From assembly GCA_035550715.1 (NCBI GenBank), contig DASZOP010000102.1, positions 1 through 37,725 on the forward strand: 37,725 nt of DNA, in the 5' to 3' direction. Positions within the stretch are counted from its first letter, which is position 1. Each line of letters opens with the position of its first letter. This document shows positions 6,872 through 16,053 of this stretch, one piece after another. The DNA comes from Gemmatimonadota bacterium. Lineage in GTDB: Bacteria; Gemmatimonadota; Gemmatimonadetes; JACCXV01; JAHWKZ01. The translations under genes were made by a program, and so were the position numbers. The notes beneath the pieces are model-generated. The model was not told the DNA's origin. It was given only the letters and a program-made list of their open reading frames with translations, and did not search any database.

Positions 6872-8718
6872 CTTCGTTCGATCTCGTCCTCGAGCCGCTG
6901 GCGCCGGTATAGCGCCGCGTACGCACCGTTCCTCTCGAGCAGCTCCTCGTGCGTGCCGCTCTCGACGACGCGGCCCAGGTCGAGCACCACGATCCGGTCG
7001 GCGGCTCTGAGGGTCGACGCGCGGTGGCTGATCAGGATCGTGGTCCGCTCGGCCATGAACCTCCGGAGCCGGGAGAGGATCCGCTCCTCGGTGGCGGTGT
7101 CGACCGAGGAGAAGGCGTCGTCCAGGACGAGGACCGCAGGGTCCACGACGAGCGCGCGGGCCAGGGCGGTCCGCTGCCGCTGGCCGCCGGAGAGCGTGAT
7201 CCCCCGCTCCCCCAGGAGCGTATCGAGCCCGTCGGGGAAACCCGCCACGTCCTCCTCGAGGCCCGCGATCCGGGCCGCTTCCTCGGCGGAGAGCGGGGGA
7301 CGCCGCCCGTCACCGTCGCCCGCCGGTCCCTCCAGCGCGGTCGTGGTGGCGGGGCCTTCGGGCGAGATCCCGGCCGCGCCGAAGAGGATGTTGGCCCGGA
7401 GCGTGTCGCTGAACAGGAAGGGCTCCTGCTGGACGATCCCGAGCGCGCCCCGCAGCTCCGCCAGGGTCCACGCCTCGATCCTCCGGCCGTCCACGATGAT
7501 CGTTCCCGAGGTCGGCTCGTAGAGCCGGGCCAGCAGCCGCACGAGGGTCGTCTTCCCGGAGCCGGTGGGACCGGTGACGCCGACCGTCGATCCGGCCGGG
7601 ATCTCCAGGTCCAACCCGTCCAGGACGAGCGGCGCGTCGGGGCGATACCGGAAGGCGACGTCCCGGAAGGCGATCGACGCCCGCCGTCCGCGGCGACCGT
7701 CCCCGTCCCCACCCGAGCCAAGGGATCCGGCCGACCGGACGTCCCCACCGCCGACGTCCCGGATCGCAGGTTCCGCCAGCAGCACCCGGTTGATCCGCCC
7801 CATTGCCGCGGCCGCGCGTTGGAAGAGATTGGTGATCCAGCCGAAGGCGATGAGCGGCCAGCCGATCATGCCGAGGTACATGAGGAACGCCACCAGGTCG
7901 CCCAGGGTCAGGGTACCGGTGGCGACCCGCCGACCTCCCAGCCAGAGGACGAGCAGCACGCTCGAGCCGAGGAGCAGACCGAGAAGGGGACTCAGAATGG
8001 CCTGGATCCGCGCCAGTCGGAGGTTGGCGTCCACGTACCTCCCGCTCTGGCCGGCGAAACGCGTCCGCTCGGTCGTCTCGCGGCCGTAAGCGCGGACGAT
8101 ACGCAGACCGGCGAGGTTCTCCTGAACGACCGTCGTGACGTCGGCCAGCGCTGCCTGCGCGGCTTCGCTGCGGCGATGGATCCGCTGTCCCATCGCCCGC
8201 ACCGCGAGAGTCACGAACGGTAACGGCAGCAGCGCCCACAGCGTGAGGCGGGAATCGATCCACGCCATGAAGCCGACGGCCAGGAGGAGCGTTACGATCG
8301 TGTTGATGCCGAACATGTACCCCGGGCCGACCGCCATCCGGACCGCGCTCAGGTCGTTCACGAACCGGCTCATCACGTCTCCGGTCGGGAAAGCGTCGAA
8401 CCAGGCGGGCGGCTGCCGCAGGAGGTTCCGGTAGAGCGCGTCCCGGACATCCGTCTCGACCCGACGCGAGACGTCGTTGACGAGCCGCCGCTGGCCGTAG
8501 CGGAAGATCCCGCGGACGAGGGCGAGGCCCACGACGGCGGCCGCGTAGGCGGCGATCGCGCCCTGCGTCACCTCCGACTGCAAGGCGTCGATCGCCTGCT
8601 TGACCACGATCGGGCTCAGGGAACCAAAGATCGCGCTCAGGGCTATACAGGCCGCCCCCCAGACGAGAGGAATCCGGTACGGACGAACGAACGGCAGAAG
8701 CGTCTTGAGCGCGTTCAC
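6868..8718 (-). CDS. ABC exporter half-transporter (TMD-NBD), degenerate-site subunit
   Basis: Walker A GPTGSGKTT and canonical LSGGQ. Walker B is LVLDDAFS, with Asp (7117-7119) in place of the catalytic Glu. GTG start at 8718 gives VNALKTLLPFVRPYR. The longer 829-aa ORF is rejected. Confidence 0.88.
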   Translation of the reverse strand: MNALKTLLPFVRPYRIPLVWGAACIALSAIFGSLSPIVVKQAIDALQSEVTQGAIAAYAAAVVGLALVRGIFRYGQRRLVNDVSRRVETDVRDALYRNLLRQPPAWFDAFPTGDVMSRFVNDLSAVRMAVGPGYMFGINTIVTLLLAVGFMAWIDSRLTLWALLPLPFVTLAVRAMGQRIHRRSEAAQAALADVTTVVQENLAGLRIVRAYGRETTERTRFAGQSGRYVDANLRLARIQAILSPLLGLLLGSSVLLVLWLGGRRVATGTLTLGDLVAFLMYLGMIGWPLIAFGWITNLFQRAAAAMGRINRVLLAEPAIRDVGGGDVRSAGSLGSGGDGDGRRGRRASIAFRDVAFRYRPDAPLVLDGLDLEIPAGSTVGVTGPTGSGKTTLVRLLARLYEPTSGTIIVDGRRIEAWTLAELRGALGIVQQEPFLFSDTLRANILFGAAGISPEGPATTTALEGPAGDGDGRRPPLSAEEAARIAGLEEDVAGFPDGLDTLLGERGITLSGGQRQRTALARALVVDPAVLVLDDAFSSVDTATEERILSRLRRFMAERTTILISHRASTLRAADRIVVLDLGRVVESGTHEELLERNGAYAALYRRQRLEDEIERS

Positions 8719-8767
8719 GACGGGTAAGGTCCGCGCCGCGTCGGCGCGCGGCCAGAGCCGCCTCGGT

Positions 8768-9652
8768 ATGTTGCTGCTCCCGTGGCTGATCGGAGGGTGC
8801 GGGCCCGACGCAGCGCGGACCATCATCGTCGAAGCGGACACGACCGGGGGGTCGGTGCCGGCAGTCGCGCCCGCGAGTCCCGGCGAAGGCTCCGCCGAGG
8901 TCGCTTTCCTGGACGACGCCGTCGTCGAACAAGCCCCGATCGAGGAGAGAGCGCCTGGAGAGGTCTCCGCGGGCGGCGCCCCGGGTTCCGGCGTCCGGCG
9001 CGATGCGGACCGAGCTCGCTCGGCGCGGGGGGACTCGGGCGAGGAGGACGATCGCATCCGGCTGGCCGGAGAGCGGGCGGCTTTCCGGAACACCGGGGAC
9101 AGGCCCCCCCCACCGCTCCTTCTTCCCTCGGGCCGCGTCCTTCTCCCCTCCGGGACCGTCCTCGCGGCGGAGCTCCGGACCCCGCTCCACACGGCGACCA
9201 CCGTCGTCGGCGACCGATTCGCCGCGCGCCTGACCCAGGCGGTGGCGGCCGGAGGGCGGATCGTGATCCCGGTCGGCTCCCTGGTCGAGGGGCGGGTCAG
9301 CCACGTCGGGAACGCCAGCGCCCCCGGCACGATCGCCTTCCTCCACCTCAAGGCCAAGAGCCTCAGGCTGGCCGATGGCCGGCAGCTGCGAATCGGCGCG
9401 GAGGTCCTGGACGTGACGGGTCAGGAGGTCGTCGAACGGGGCCAGGAAGGCCGGCGGGCGGAAGCGGGACTTGCGGCGAGCGAGCAGAGCGGCGCCCTGG
9501 CGGACGCCCGCCGGGCGATGCTCGACAGCATCCTGATCGGTCTGGGCGGCCGGGCCATCGTGGCCCGCACGACCGACATGGAGATCATCATCCCCGCGGG
9601 GACCCCGTTCACGCTGGAACTGGTGGACCCGCTCGAGCTTCCAGCCTTGTAG
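8768..9652 (+). CDS. Hypothetical lipoprotein with a Gly/Ala-rich middle region and beta-rich C-terminal domain
   Basis: MLLLPWLIGGC lipobox. An alternative TTG at 8705 would give a better n-region but would overlap the divergent ABC start. Tandem LLPSGRV/LLPSGTV duplication is present. Confidence 0.6.
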   Translation: MLLLPWLIGGCGPDAARTIIVEADTTGGSVPAVAPASPGEGSAEVAFLDDAVVEQAPIEERAPGEVSAGGAPGSGVRRDADRARSARGDSGEEDDRIRLAGERAAFRNTGDRPPPPLLLPSGRVLLPSGTVLAAELRTPLHTATTVVGDRFAARLTQAVAAGGRIVIPVGSLVEGRVSHVGNASAPGTIAFLHLKAKSLRLADGRQLRIGAEVLDVTGQEVVERGQEGRRAEAGLAASEQSGALADARRAMLDSILIGLGGRAIVARTTDMEIIIPAGTPFTLELVDPLELPAL

Positions 9653-9671
9653 GCGTCCGGCAAATTTCCGG

Positions 9672-9700
9672 GAAAAGCTGAAGGTCGCTTTTCAGCGACC
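9672..9700. terminator. Candidate bidirectional terminator between convergent genes
   Basis: Interleaved hairpins: GAAAAGC/GCTTTTC (9672-9678/9687-9693), GCTGAA/TTCAGC (9677-9682/9691-9696) and GGTCGC/GCGACC (9683-9688/9695-9700). On the minus strand a U-rich run follows. Confidence 0.45.
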
Positions 9701-9705
9701 CGTAC

Positions 9706-11415
9706 TCAGAACCCGTCGGCCAGGCCTCCGCCGCGCAGATCGCTCCGGCCGTACAGAAGCCCCGTCTCCGCGCCCACCTCGATCCCCTCTGCGCGTCCCG
9801 AGTAGTCGCTGCGTGTCCGGAGGTCGTGGCCCATCGCCTCCAGCGCCACTACGGTGTCTTCGGAGATACCGAAGGGCTCGACGGCGATCTCGTCGGGCAG
9901 GTGCTGATGATGGATGCGGCGGGCGTCCAGCGCCTCGGCGAACGTCATTTCGTAGTCGATGGCGTCGATCAGGATCTGGGTCACGGTCGTGATGATCGTC
10001 GAGCCCCCGGGGGTCCCCACCACGTACCGCACCCGGCCGTCCTTCTCGACGATCGTCGGGGTCATCGCCGACAGGGGCCGCTTCCCGGGCGCGATCGCGT
10101 TGGCCTCTCCCTGGACGAGCCCGTACTCGTTGGGGACGCCGGGCTTGATCGTGAAGTCGTCCATCTCGTCGTTCAGGAAGATCCCGGCCGCCGTCTCGAG
10201 CGAGCCGAACCAGCCGTTGATCGTGGTCGTCGAGGCGACCGCGTTGCCGTCGGGGTCGACGATCGAGAAGTGGGTCGTCTGCTCGGCCTCGGCCGCCGCG
10301 ACCGGGACCGGAACGCCCGGGAGGGGCTCGATCTCCTCCGACGGGGTCGCGCGGAGCGTGTCGATCGAGGCCGCCAGCCCGCGCGCGAAGGCATCGGTCA
10401 TGATCGTAGCGGGGATCTCGACGAAGTCGGCGTCGCCGAGGACCGCGTTCCGGACCGCGTAGGCGCGCTTCATCGCCTCCACGATCCGGTGCACCGATCG
10501 CGCCCCATGCCAGGGGTACACGCCGAGATCGAACTCCTCGAGCTGGTCCAGGATAAGCTTCATCGTGATCCCGCCCGATGAGGCGGGGCCCATGGAGTGG
10601 ATCGTGTGGCCACGATAGTCGAAGGTGACGGGATCCCGCTCCTTCGCTTCGTAGCGCGCCAGGTCCTCGTGCGTGACGAGGCCGCCCCGGCGCTCCATCG
10701 CCCCCACGATCGAGTCCGCGATCTCGCCCCGATAGAAAGCCTCGGGTCCCCGGTCGGCGACGAGCCGGAGAGAGTGCGCGAGCGCGGGCTGACGCAGCGT
10801 GTCGCCGATGGCCGGGACCTGCCCGCCCGGAAGGAGGATCGCCGCGGCGCCCGGGAAGCGCCGGATGTCGCCGGCCTTGGCGGCGATCACGTCATGGAAG
10901 TAGGCGTCGACCTGAAAGCCGTCCTCGGCCAGCCGGACGGCGGGCTCGACGAGGTCCCGCCAGGGGAGCGTCCCGTGGCGCTCGTGGACCAGCCACATCC
11001 CGGCCACCGACCCCGGCGTCGCGACCGCGAGGGGCCCGAACCAGGAGGGCCGGCCGGGGAGCGGCTCGCCGGATTCGTCCAGGTACATGTCGGCGGTGGC
11101 GGCGAGCGGCGCCGCCTCGCGATAGTCGTAGCTTCGGACCCGACCGTCGGTCCCGCGCCAGACGAGGAATCCGCCGCCCCCGATGTTGCCCGCGTAGGGC
11201 AGGGTCACCGCGAGCGCGAAATGGACGGCGATCGCGGCGTCGGCGGCGTTCCCGCCCCGCCGCAGGATCTCGAGGCCGACCTCCGTCGCTTCGGCCTTGG
11301 CGGAGACCACCATCGCGCTGTCGGCCACGACGGGCGACCACCACCGAGACTGCTGGGCGGAAACCGTCGCCACGACCGACAGGCTGAGGAGCGCGACGAG
11401 GAGAGCGGATCGCAT
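9706..11415 (-). CDS. ggt: Gamma-glutamyltranspeptidase
   Basis: Autoprocessing/nucleophile motif EQTTHFSIVDPDGNAVASTTTINGWFGS. Signal peptide MRSALLVALLSLSVVATVSAQQ starts from ATG 11415. An upstream ATG at 11472 is possible. Confidence 0.9.
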   Translation of the reverse strand: MRSALLVALLSLSVVATVSAQQSRWWSPVVADSAMVVSAKAEATEVGLEILRRGGNAADAAIAVHFALAVTLPYAGNIGGGGFLVWRGTDGRVRSYDYREAAPLAATADMYLDESGEPLPGRPSWFGPLAVATPGSVAGMWLVHERHGTLPWRDLVEPAVRLAEDGFQVDAYFHDVIAAKAGDIRRFPGAAAILLPGGQVPAIGDTLRQPALAHSLRLVADRGPEAFYRGEIADSIVGAMERRGGLVTHEDLARYEAKERDPVTFDYRGHTIHSMGPASSGGITMKLILDQLEEFDLGVYPWHGARSVHRIVEAMKRAYAVRNAVLGDADFVEIPATIMTDAFARGLAASIDTLRATPSEEIEPLPGVPVPVAAAEAEQTTHFSIVDPDGNAVASTTTINGWFGSLETAAGIFLNDEMDDFTIKPGVPNEYGLVQGEANAIAPGKRPLSAMTPTIVEKDGRVRYVVGTPGGSTIITTVTQILIDAIDYEMTFAEALDARRIHHQHLPDEIAVEPFGISEDTVVALEAMGHDLRTRSDYSGRAEGIEVGAETGLLYGRSDLRGGGLADGF

Positions 11416-11425
11416 GAAGGGGCTC

Positions 11426-11454
11426 AATATCGGAAGCGGGTCGGGTCGCAGCAA
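11426..11454 (-). promoter_or_regulatory. Candidate promoter TTGCTG-N17-GATATT for ggt (near-leaderless)
   Basis: Reverse complement of 11449-11454 is TTGCTG and of 11426-11431 is GATATT, with a 17-nt spacer. Only 10 nt separate the -10 box from ATG 11415. Confidence 0.3.
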
Positions 11455-11528
11455 GAAGCGCTCGTATCTCAATTTGCTGGCCGATGCAGGCTCGGGCGCG
11501 GATTTCCAGGTAGCCCCATATTAGCCGA

Positions 11529-12965
11529 GTGAGCGGTGTGAGAACCATTCGGACCCAGGGGCGCGGGATCGGCGCCGTGGTCTTGCTCTTCCTCCTGGCG
11601 GGCGTGTCCGGTTCGCTCCGAGGGCAGGAGGAGACGGGCGCGACGGACTCGCTGCCCGAAGACCCGGCGGTTGCCGATACGACGACCGGCCCCGTGGCCC
11701 CGTTCGTCTACCGAGTCGTCATCGACGGGGCGATCTCCCCGGCGTCCGCCGAGTTCCTGACCGATGCGATCGAGCGCGCCGAGGACGAGGGCGCGGCCGC
11801 GCTCGTCGTCGAGCTCGACACGCCGGGCGGGCTCGTCGACTCGACGCGCGACATCGTCCAGCGGATCCTCGCGAGCCGGGTCCCCGTGATCGTCTACGTC
11901 GCCCCGAGCGGCGCCCGCGCCGGCTCGGCCGGCGTGTTCGTCACGCTCGCCGCGCACGTCGCGGCCATGGCGCCCGGCACCAACATCGGGGCCGCGACGC
12001 CGATCCAGATGGGAGGCGCCCCGATGCCGGGCGGGCCGGGCTCGCCGCCCGACACGACCGGTGGCGAGGCGGGAGACGACGGGCAGGGCGCGCTCGAGCG
12101 TAAGATCCTGAACGACACGATCGCCTTCATCCGGACGATTTCGGAACGTCGCGGGCGGAACGCGGACTGGGCCGAGCAGGCGGTCCGCGAGGGATCGTCG
12201 ATCACCGAGACCGAGGCCCGGGCGCAGAACGTCGTCGACCTGCTGTCTCCGAGCCTCCCGGCGCTCCTCGACTCGATCGACGGCCGCGAGGTCGAGGTCC
12301 TCGACCGGACGGTGGCGCTGGAGACGGCCAACGCCGACGTCCGGACGATCGAGGCGGGGCTCCGGTTCCGGATCCTGGACACGATCGCCAACCCGAACAT
12401 CGCGTTCGTCCTCATGCTGATCGGGATCTACGGGATCTTCTTCGAGCTCATGAACCCGGGCGCGATCCTGCCTGGAGTCGTGGGCGGCATCTCCCTCCTG
12501 CTCGCCTTCTTCGCGCTCCAGGCGCTGCCGGTCAACTATGCCGGAATCCTCCTCATCCTGTTCGCCCTGGTCCTCTTCATCGCCGAGGTGAAGGTGGCGA
12601 GCTACGGCCTCCTCACCGTGGGCGGCGTGGTCGCCTTCGTGCTGGGGGCGACCATGCTCTTCGACGCGCCGGGATCGCTCGTCCGGGTGAGCTGGAGCGT
12701 GATCCTCCCGGCGGCCCTCCTGACGGCCGGGTTCTTCGCCTTCGTCATGGGCCTCGCCTGGCGGACCTACAAGTCCCGACCGACGACCGGCAAGGAAGCC
12801 ATCATCGGGGAGCGCGGGCGGGTAACCGCCCGGATCGACCGGATCGGCGCGGTGAGCGTCCACGGAGAGCTCTGGCGGGCCCGGGCCGAGGAGCCGATCG
12901 AGACGGGGACGGAGATCGTCGTGGTCGAGGTCGACGGCCTGACGCTGAGCGTCCGACCTGTGTAG
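11529..12965 (+). CDS. NfeD-family membrane-bound ClpP-class serine protease (long form, STOPP-like)
   Basis: ClpP-like domain VVIDGAISPASAEFLTDAIERAEDEGAAALVVELDTPGG...SAGVF, then 4-5 transmembrane helices and a C-terminal NfeD OB domain (GRVTARIDRIGAVSVHGELWRAR). Confidence 0.85.
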   Translation: MSGVRTIRTQGRGIGAVVLLFLLAGVSGSLRGQEETGATDSLPEDPAVADTTTGPVAPFVYRVVIDGAISPASAEFLTDAIERAEDEGAAALVVELDTPGGLVDSTRDIVQRILASRVPVIVYVAPSGARAGSAGVFVTLAAHVAAMAPGTNIGAATPIQMGGAPMPGGPGSPPDTTGGEAGDDGQGALERKILNDTIAFIRTISERRGRNADWAEQAVREGSSITETEARAQNVVDLLSPSLPALLDSIDGREVEVLDRTVALETANADVRTIEAGLRFRILDTIANPNIAFVLMLIGIYGIFFELMNPGAILPGVVGGISLLLAFFALQALPVNYAGILLILFALVLFIAEVKVASYGLLTVGGVVAFVLGATMLFDAPGSLVRVSWSVILPAALLTAGFFAFVMGLAWRTYKSRPTTGKEAIIGERGRVTARIDRIGAVSVHGELWRARAEEPIETGTEIVVVEVDGLTLSVRPV

Positions 12966-12971
12966 CCGGGC

Positions 12972-13595
12972 TTGGGCGATCCGATCCCGGACGGTGGCCG
13001 GCGGAAGGCGGAGCTCCGGGTGGCTCTCCTCGAGGCCCGCCGTGCGATCCCGCCCGGCGAGCGGGACGCCCTGTCGGCCGCCATCTGCGGTCGCGCGACC
13101 GGGCTCCCGGCCTATCGGGCGGCCCGCACCGTCCACGTCTACGTGGGGGTCGCCTCCGAGGTCCGGACCCTGCCTCTCCTGGAGGACGCCTGGCGAGCCG
13201 GCAAGCGCGTGGTGTGCCCGCGGATCGGGATCGACGGTCGCCTCGAGGGCCGCCAGGTCCGCTCTCCCGGGGACCTGGTGGCGGGGCCTCGCGGGCTCCG
13301 GGAGCCCGACCCGGAGACCACCCCTCTCGTACCCGCGGACCGGATCGACCTCGTCGTGGTCCCGGGGGTCGGGTTCGACCGGCAGGGGGGAAGGCTCGGG
13401 TTCGGAGGCGGATACTACGACCGGTTCCTCGCCACCACCGGCGCTTCGCGACTCGGACTGGCATTTTCCTTGCAAATCGTCGACGGGATACCTCAGGGGC
13501 CTGGGGACGAGCCCGTCCATTGGATCGTGACCGAGCGGGAGACCATCGAATGCAAGGGGTGGAGAGCGAGCTCTCCCGGAGTGGGGTCGAGGTGA
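12972..13595 (+). CDS. 5-formyltetrahydrofolate cyclo-ligase
   Basis: Motif VVPGVGFDRQGGRLGFGGGYYDRFL. The TTG start at 12972 is uncertain. The stop overlaps the next GTG (GTGA). Confidence 0.8.
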   Translation: MGDPIPDGGRRKAELRVALLEARRAIPPGERDALSAAICGRATGLPAYRAARTVHVYVGVASEVRTLPLLEDAWRAGKRVVCPRIGIDGRLEGRQVRSPGDLVAGPRGLREPDPETTPLVPADRIDLVVVPGVGFDRQGGRLGFGGGYYDRFLATTGASRLGLAFSLQIVDGIPQGPGDEPVHWIVTERETIECKGWRASSPGVGSR

Positions 13596-14350
13596 GCGCG
13601 ATCGCCTGCACCGGCCTCAGCCGCGTGTTCGGACGGCACGTCGCCCTCGACGGGATCGCGCTCGACGTGCGACCGGGCGAGCTCTACGGCTTCCTGGGCC
13701 CCAACGGCGCGGGGAAGACCACCACCATCAGAATTCTGACGGGCCTCCTCCTCCCCTCCGGGGGAACGGCGCACGTGGCCGGCTTCGACGTCGTCCGGGA
13801 CCCGTTCGAGGTCAAGCGGCGGATCGGCTACGTCCCCGATCGGGTCTTCCTGTACGAGAAGCTGACGGGGGCCGAGTTCCTCGAGTTCGTCGGCGATCTG
13901 TACGGGCTGGGTCGTGGCCGGGTACGCGGGGCGGCCCAGCCCTACATCGAGCGGTTCGGTCTGGGGGCCTGGATCCACGAGCTGATCGAGGCCTACAGCC
14001 ACGGCATGCGTCAGAAGCTGGCGCTGGCCGCGGCCCTTCTCCACGAGCCCGAGGTGCTGATTCTGGACGAGCCGATGGTGGGCCTCGATCCACGGAGCGC
14101 GCGCGACGTCAAGGGGCTCCTCCAGGAGTTCGCGGCAGCCGGACGGACCGTGTTCCTGTCGACCCATACGCTGGAGGTCGCCGAGACGCTCTGCACCCGG
14201 GTCGCGATCATCCAGGCGGGCCGGATCCTGACCCAGGGCACGCTCGACGACCTGCGCCGCGAGGCGCGTCACGACGGCGGATCGCTGGAGGCGGTCTTCC
14301 TGCGGCTCACCGATCCGCTGGCCGGCATCGAAAGGGCGGCTCTCGCTTGA
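13592..14350 (+). CDS. ABC transporter ATP-binding protein (ABC-2/DrrA-like)
   Basis: Walker A GPNGAGKTT, signature-like SHGMRQK, Walker B LILDEP. GTG 13592 is preferred because of the GTGA overlap. An alternative ATG lies at 13550. Confidence 0.88.
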   Translation: MSAIACTGLSRVFGRHVALDGIALDVRPGELYGFLGPNGAGKTTTIRILTGLLLPSGGTAHVAGFDVVRDPFEVKRRIGYVPDRVFLYEKLTGAEFLEFVGDLYGLGRGRVRGAAQPYIERFGLGAWIHELIEAYSHGMRQKLALAAALLHEPEVLILDEPMVGLDPRSARDVKGLLQEFAAAGRTVFLSTHTLEVAETLCTRVAIIQAGRILTQGTLDDLRREARHDGGSLEAVFLRLTDPLAGIERAALA

Positions 14351-16053
14351 AGTCCCTGCTTCTGCCGCGGATCAAGTCGATCGGCCGCGACCGCCGCCCC
14401 GGCGCGCGCCGGCGGGCGGTGGCGCTGATCGCCTTGGGCGGGCTCTTCTGGATCGGGGCGTACGCGGCCGTTGCCCGCATCCTGCGACACTTCTCGACCG
14501 TGGATCCGGACCTGGGGTCCCTCCTGGCGTCCAAGCTGCTCTCGATCCTGTTCCTGCTCTGGCTCGCGTTCCTGGTCTTCTCGGCGCTCCTGACCGCGCT
14601 CGGCCAGTGCTTCCTGGCGCGCGACCTTCCGCTCTGGCTTTCGTCGCCGATCCCGCTCCGGCGGCTCTTCCGGGCCAAGCTGGTGGAGGTGGCGACGATC
14701 GCTTCCTGGACGGGGGTCTTCCTGGCGCTCCCCGTGTGGGTCGCGTACGGCGTCGTCTTCGAAGCCGGCCCGGCCTACTATCTGTTCCTCGCGGTGACGG
14801 TGGCGTGCTGCGTGGTGATCGCCGGCGCGGTCGGCATGCTGGTCGCCGTCGCGGTGGTGAACCTTTTCCCCGCGCGCCGGGCCCGGGACCTCCTCTCGCT
14901 GGTCGCGCTGGCCTTTCTGGTCGGGATGGCGGTCATGCTGCGGATGCTCCGGCCGGAGGAGTTCGTCCGGCCCGAGGACTTCGGCACCTGGGCCGAGTAC
15001 CTGGTCACGCTCGCGGATCCGACCTTGCCGTGGCTCCCCTCCTACTGGACGGCCCGGGTACTCTCCGAGGTTCTCGGGCTCACGGTGACGTTCAACGGGG
15101 ACGCGGTCCTGCGCGCGCTCGGCCTGCTCGTCTTGTCCACGCTCATCACGACGGCCGCTTCAGCGGCCGTGTTCCGGACCATGTATCGGACCGGCTATTC
15201 GAAGTCGCAGGAGGGTCATCGCGCCCGCTGGACCCGACCGGCCTGGTGGCACGGCGCCCTCACCCTCGCCGCCCGTCCCTTTCCGCAGCGGATCCGGGCC
15301 ATCATCGTCAAGGACGCGGCGACCTTCTTCCGCGACCCGTCGCAGTGGGCTCAGATCTTCCTGCTGGTGGCCGTGGTCGCCATGTATCTCTACAACTTCC
15401 AGGTTCTGCGCCTGGAGGTGGCGGGGGAGGGGGTCGGCTTCTTCATGCGCAATCTGCTCGGGTTCCTGAACATCGCGCTGGTGGGCTTCGTCGTCTCCGC
15501 GCTCGCGGCGCGGTTCATCCTGCCGGGGCTGAGCCTGGAGGGAAGCACGATGTGGGTCCTGCGGGCGAGCCCGCTCTCCTGGTCGGAGATCCTGTGGGCC
15601 AAGTTCTGGGGCGGTTTCCTTCCCGTGGCCCTGGTCGCGGAGATGGTCGTCCTGCTCTCGAATGCGGTCCTCCACACGTCCTGGTCGATGAGCATACTGG
15701 CGGTGGTGGCCGTCCTGTCCCTCTCGGCCGCCATCGTGGGCCTGGCGGTCGGGCTGGGTGCCGCCCACCCCCGCTTCGACGCCGCGGACGGGGCCCAGGT
15801 CACGTCGGGCTACGCCGGGCTCCTCTTCATGATCCTGAGCGCGCTCCTCGTCTTCCTGTCGGTGACCGTTCTGGCATGGCCGGTGTATCATTCGTTCCGC
15901 GCCGCGTGGCTCGGCTGGGGCGCCGGAGCCGCCGAGATCGCCGGGATGGCCGCCGGTTTGATCGCGGTGGGGGGCCTGTGCCTGATCGCCCTTCTTACCG
16001 CGATGCAGTCCGGTACGCGGCGACTTCAGGCGTTGGAATCGACGGGGGGTTGA
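14347..16053 (+). CDS. Large polytopic permease ('putative ABC exporter' type)
   Basis: 568 aa with about 12 hydrophobic helices. The TTG start overlaps the ATPase stop (TTGA). No soluble domain was recognised. Confidence 0.75.
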   Translation: MKSLLLPRIKSIGRDRRPGARRRAVALIALGGLFWIGAYAAVARILRHFSTVDPDLGSLLASKLLSILFLLWLAFLVFSALLTALGQCFLARDLPLWLSSPIPLRRLFRAKLVEVATIASWTGVFLALPVWVAYGVVFEAGPAYYLFLAVTVACCVVIAGAVGMLVAVAVVNLFPARRARDLLSLVALAFLVGMAVMLRMLRPEEFVRPEDFGTWAEYLVTLADPTLPWLPSYWTARVLSEVLGLTVTFNGDAVLRALGLLVLSTLITTAASAAVFRTMYRTGYSKSQEGHRARWTRPAWWHGALTLAARPFPQRIRAIIVKDAATFFRDPSQWAQIFLLVAVVAMYLYNFQVLRLEVAGEGVGFFMRNLLGFLNIALVGFVVSALAARFILPGLSLEGSTMWVLRASPLSWSEILWAKFWGGFLPVALVAEMVVLLSNAVLHTSWSMSILAVVAVLSLSAAIVGLAVGLGAAHPRFDAADGAQVTSGYAGLLFMILSALLVFLSVTVLAWPVYHSFRAAWLGWGAGAAEIAGMAAGLIAVGGLCLIALLTAMQSGTRRLQALESTGG

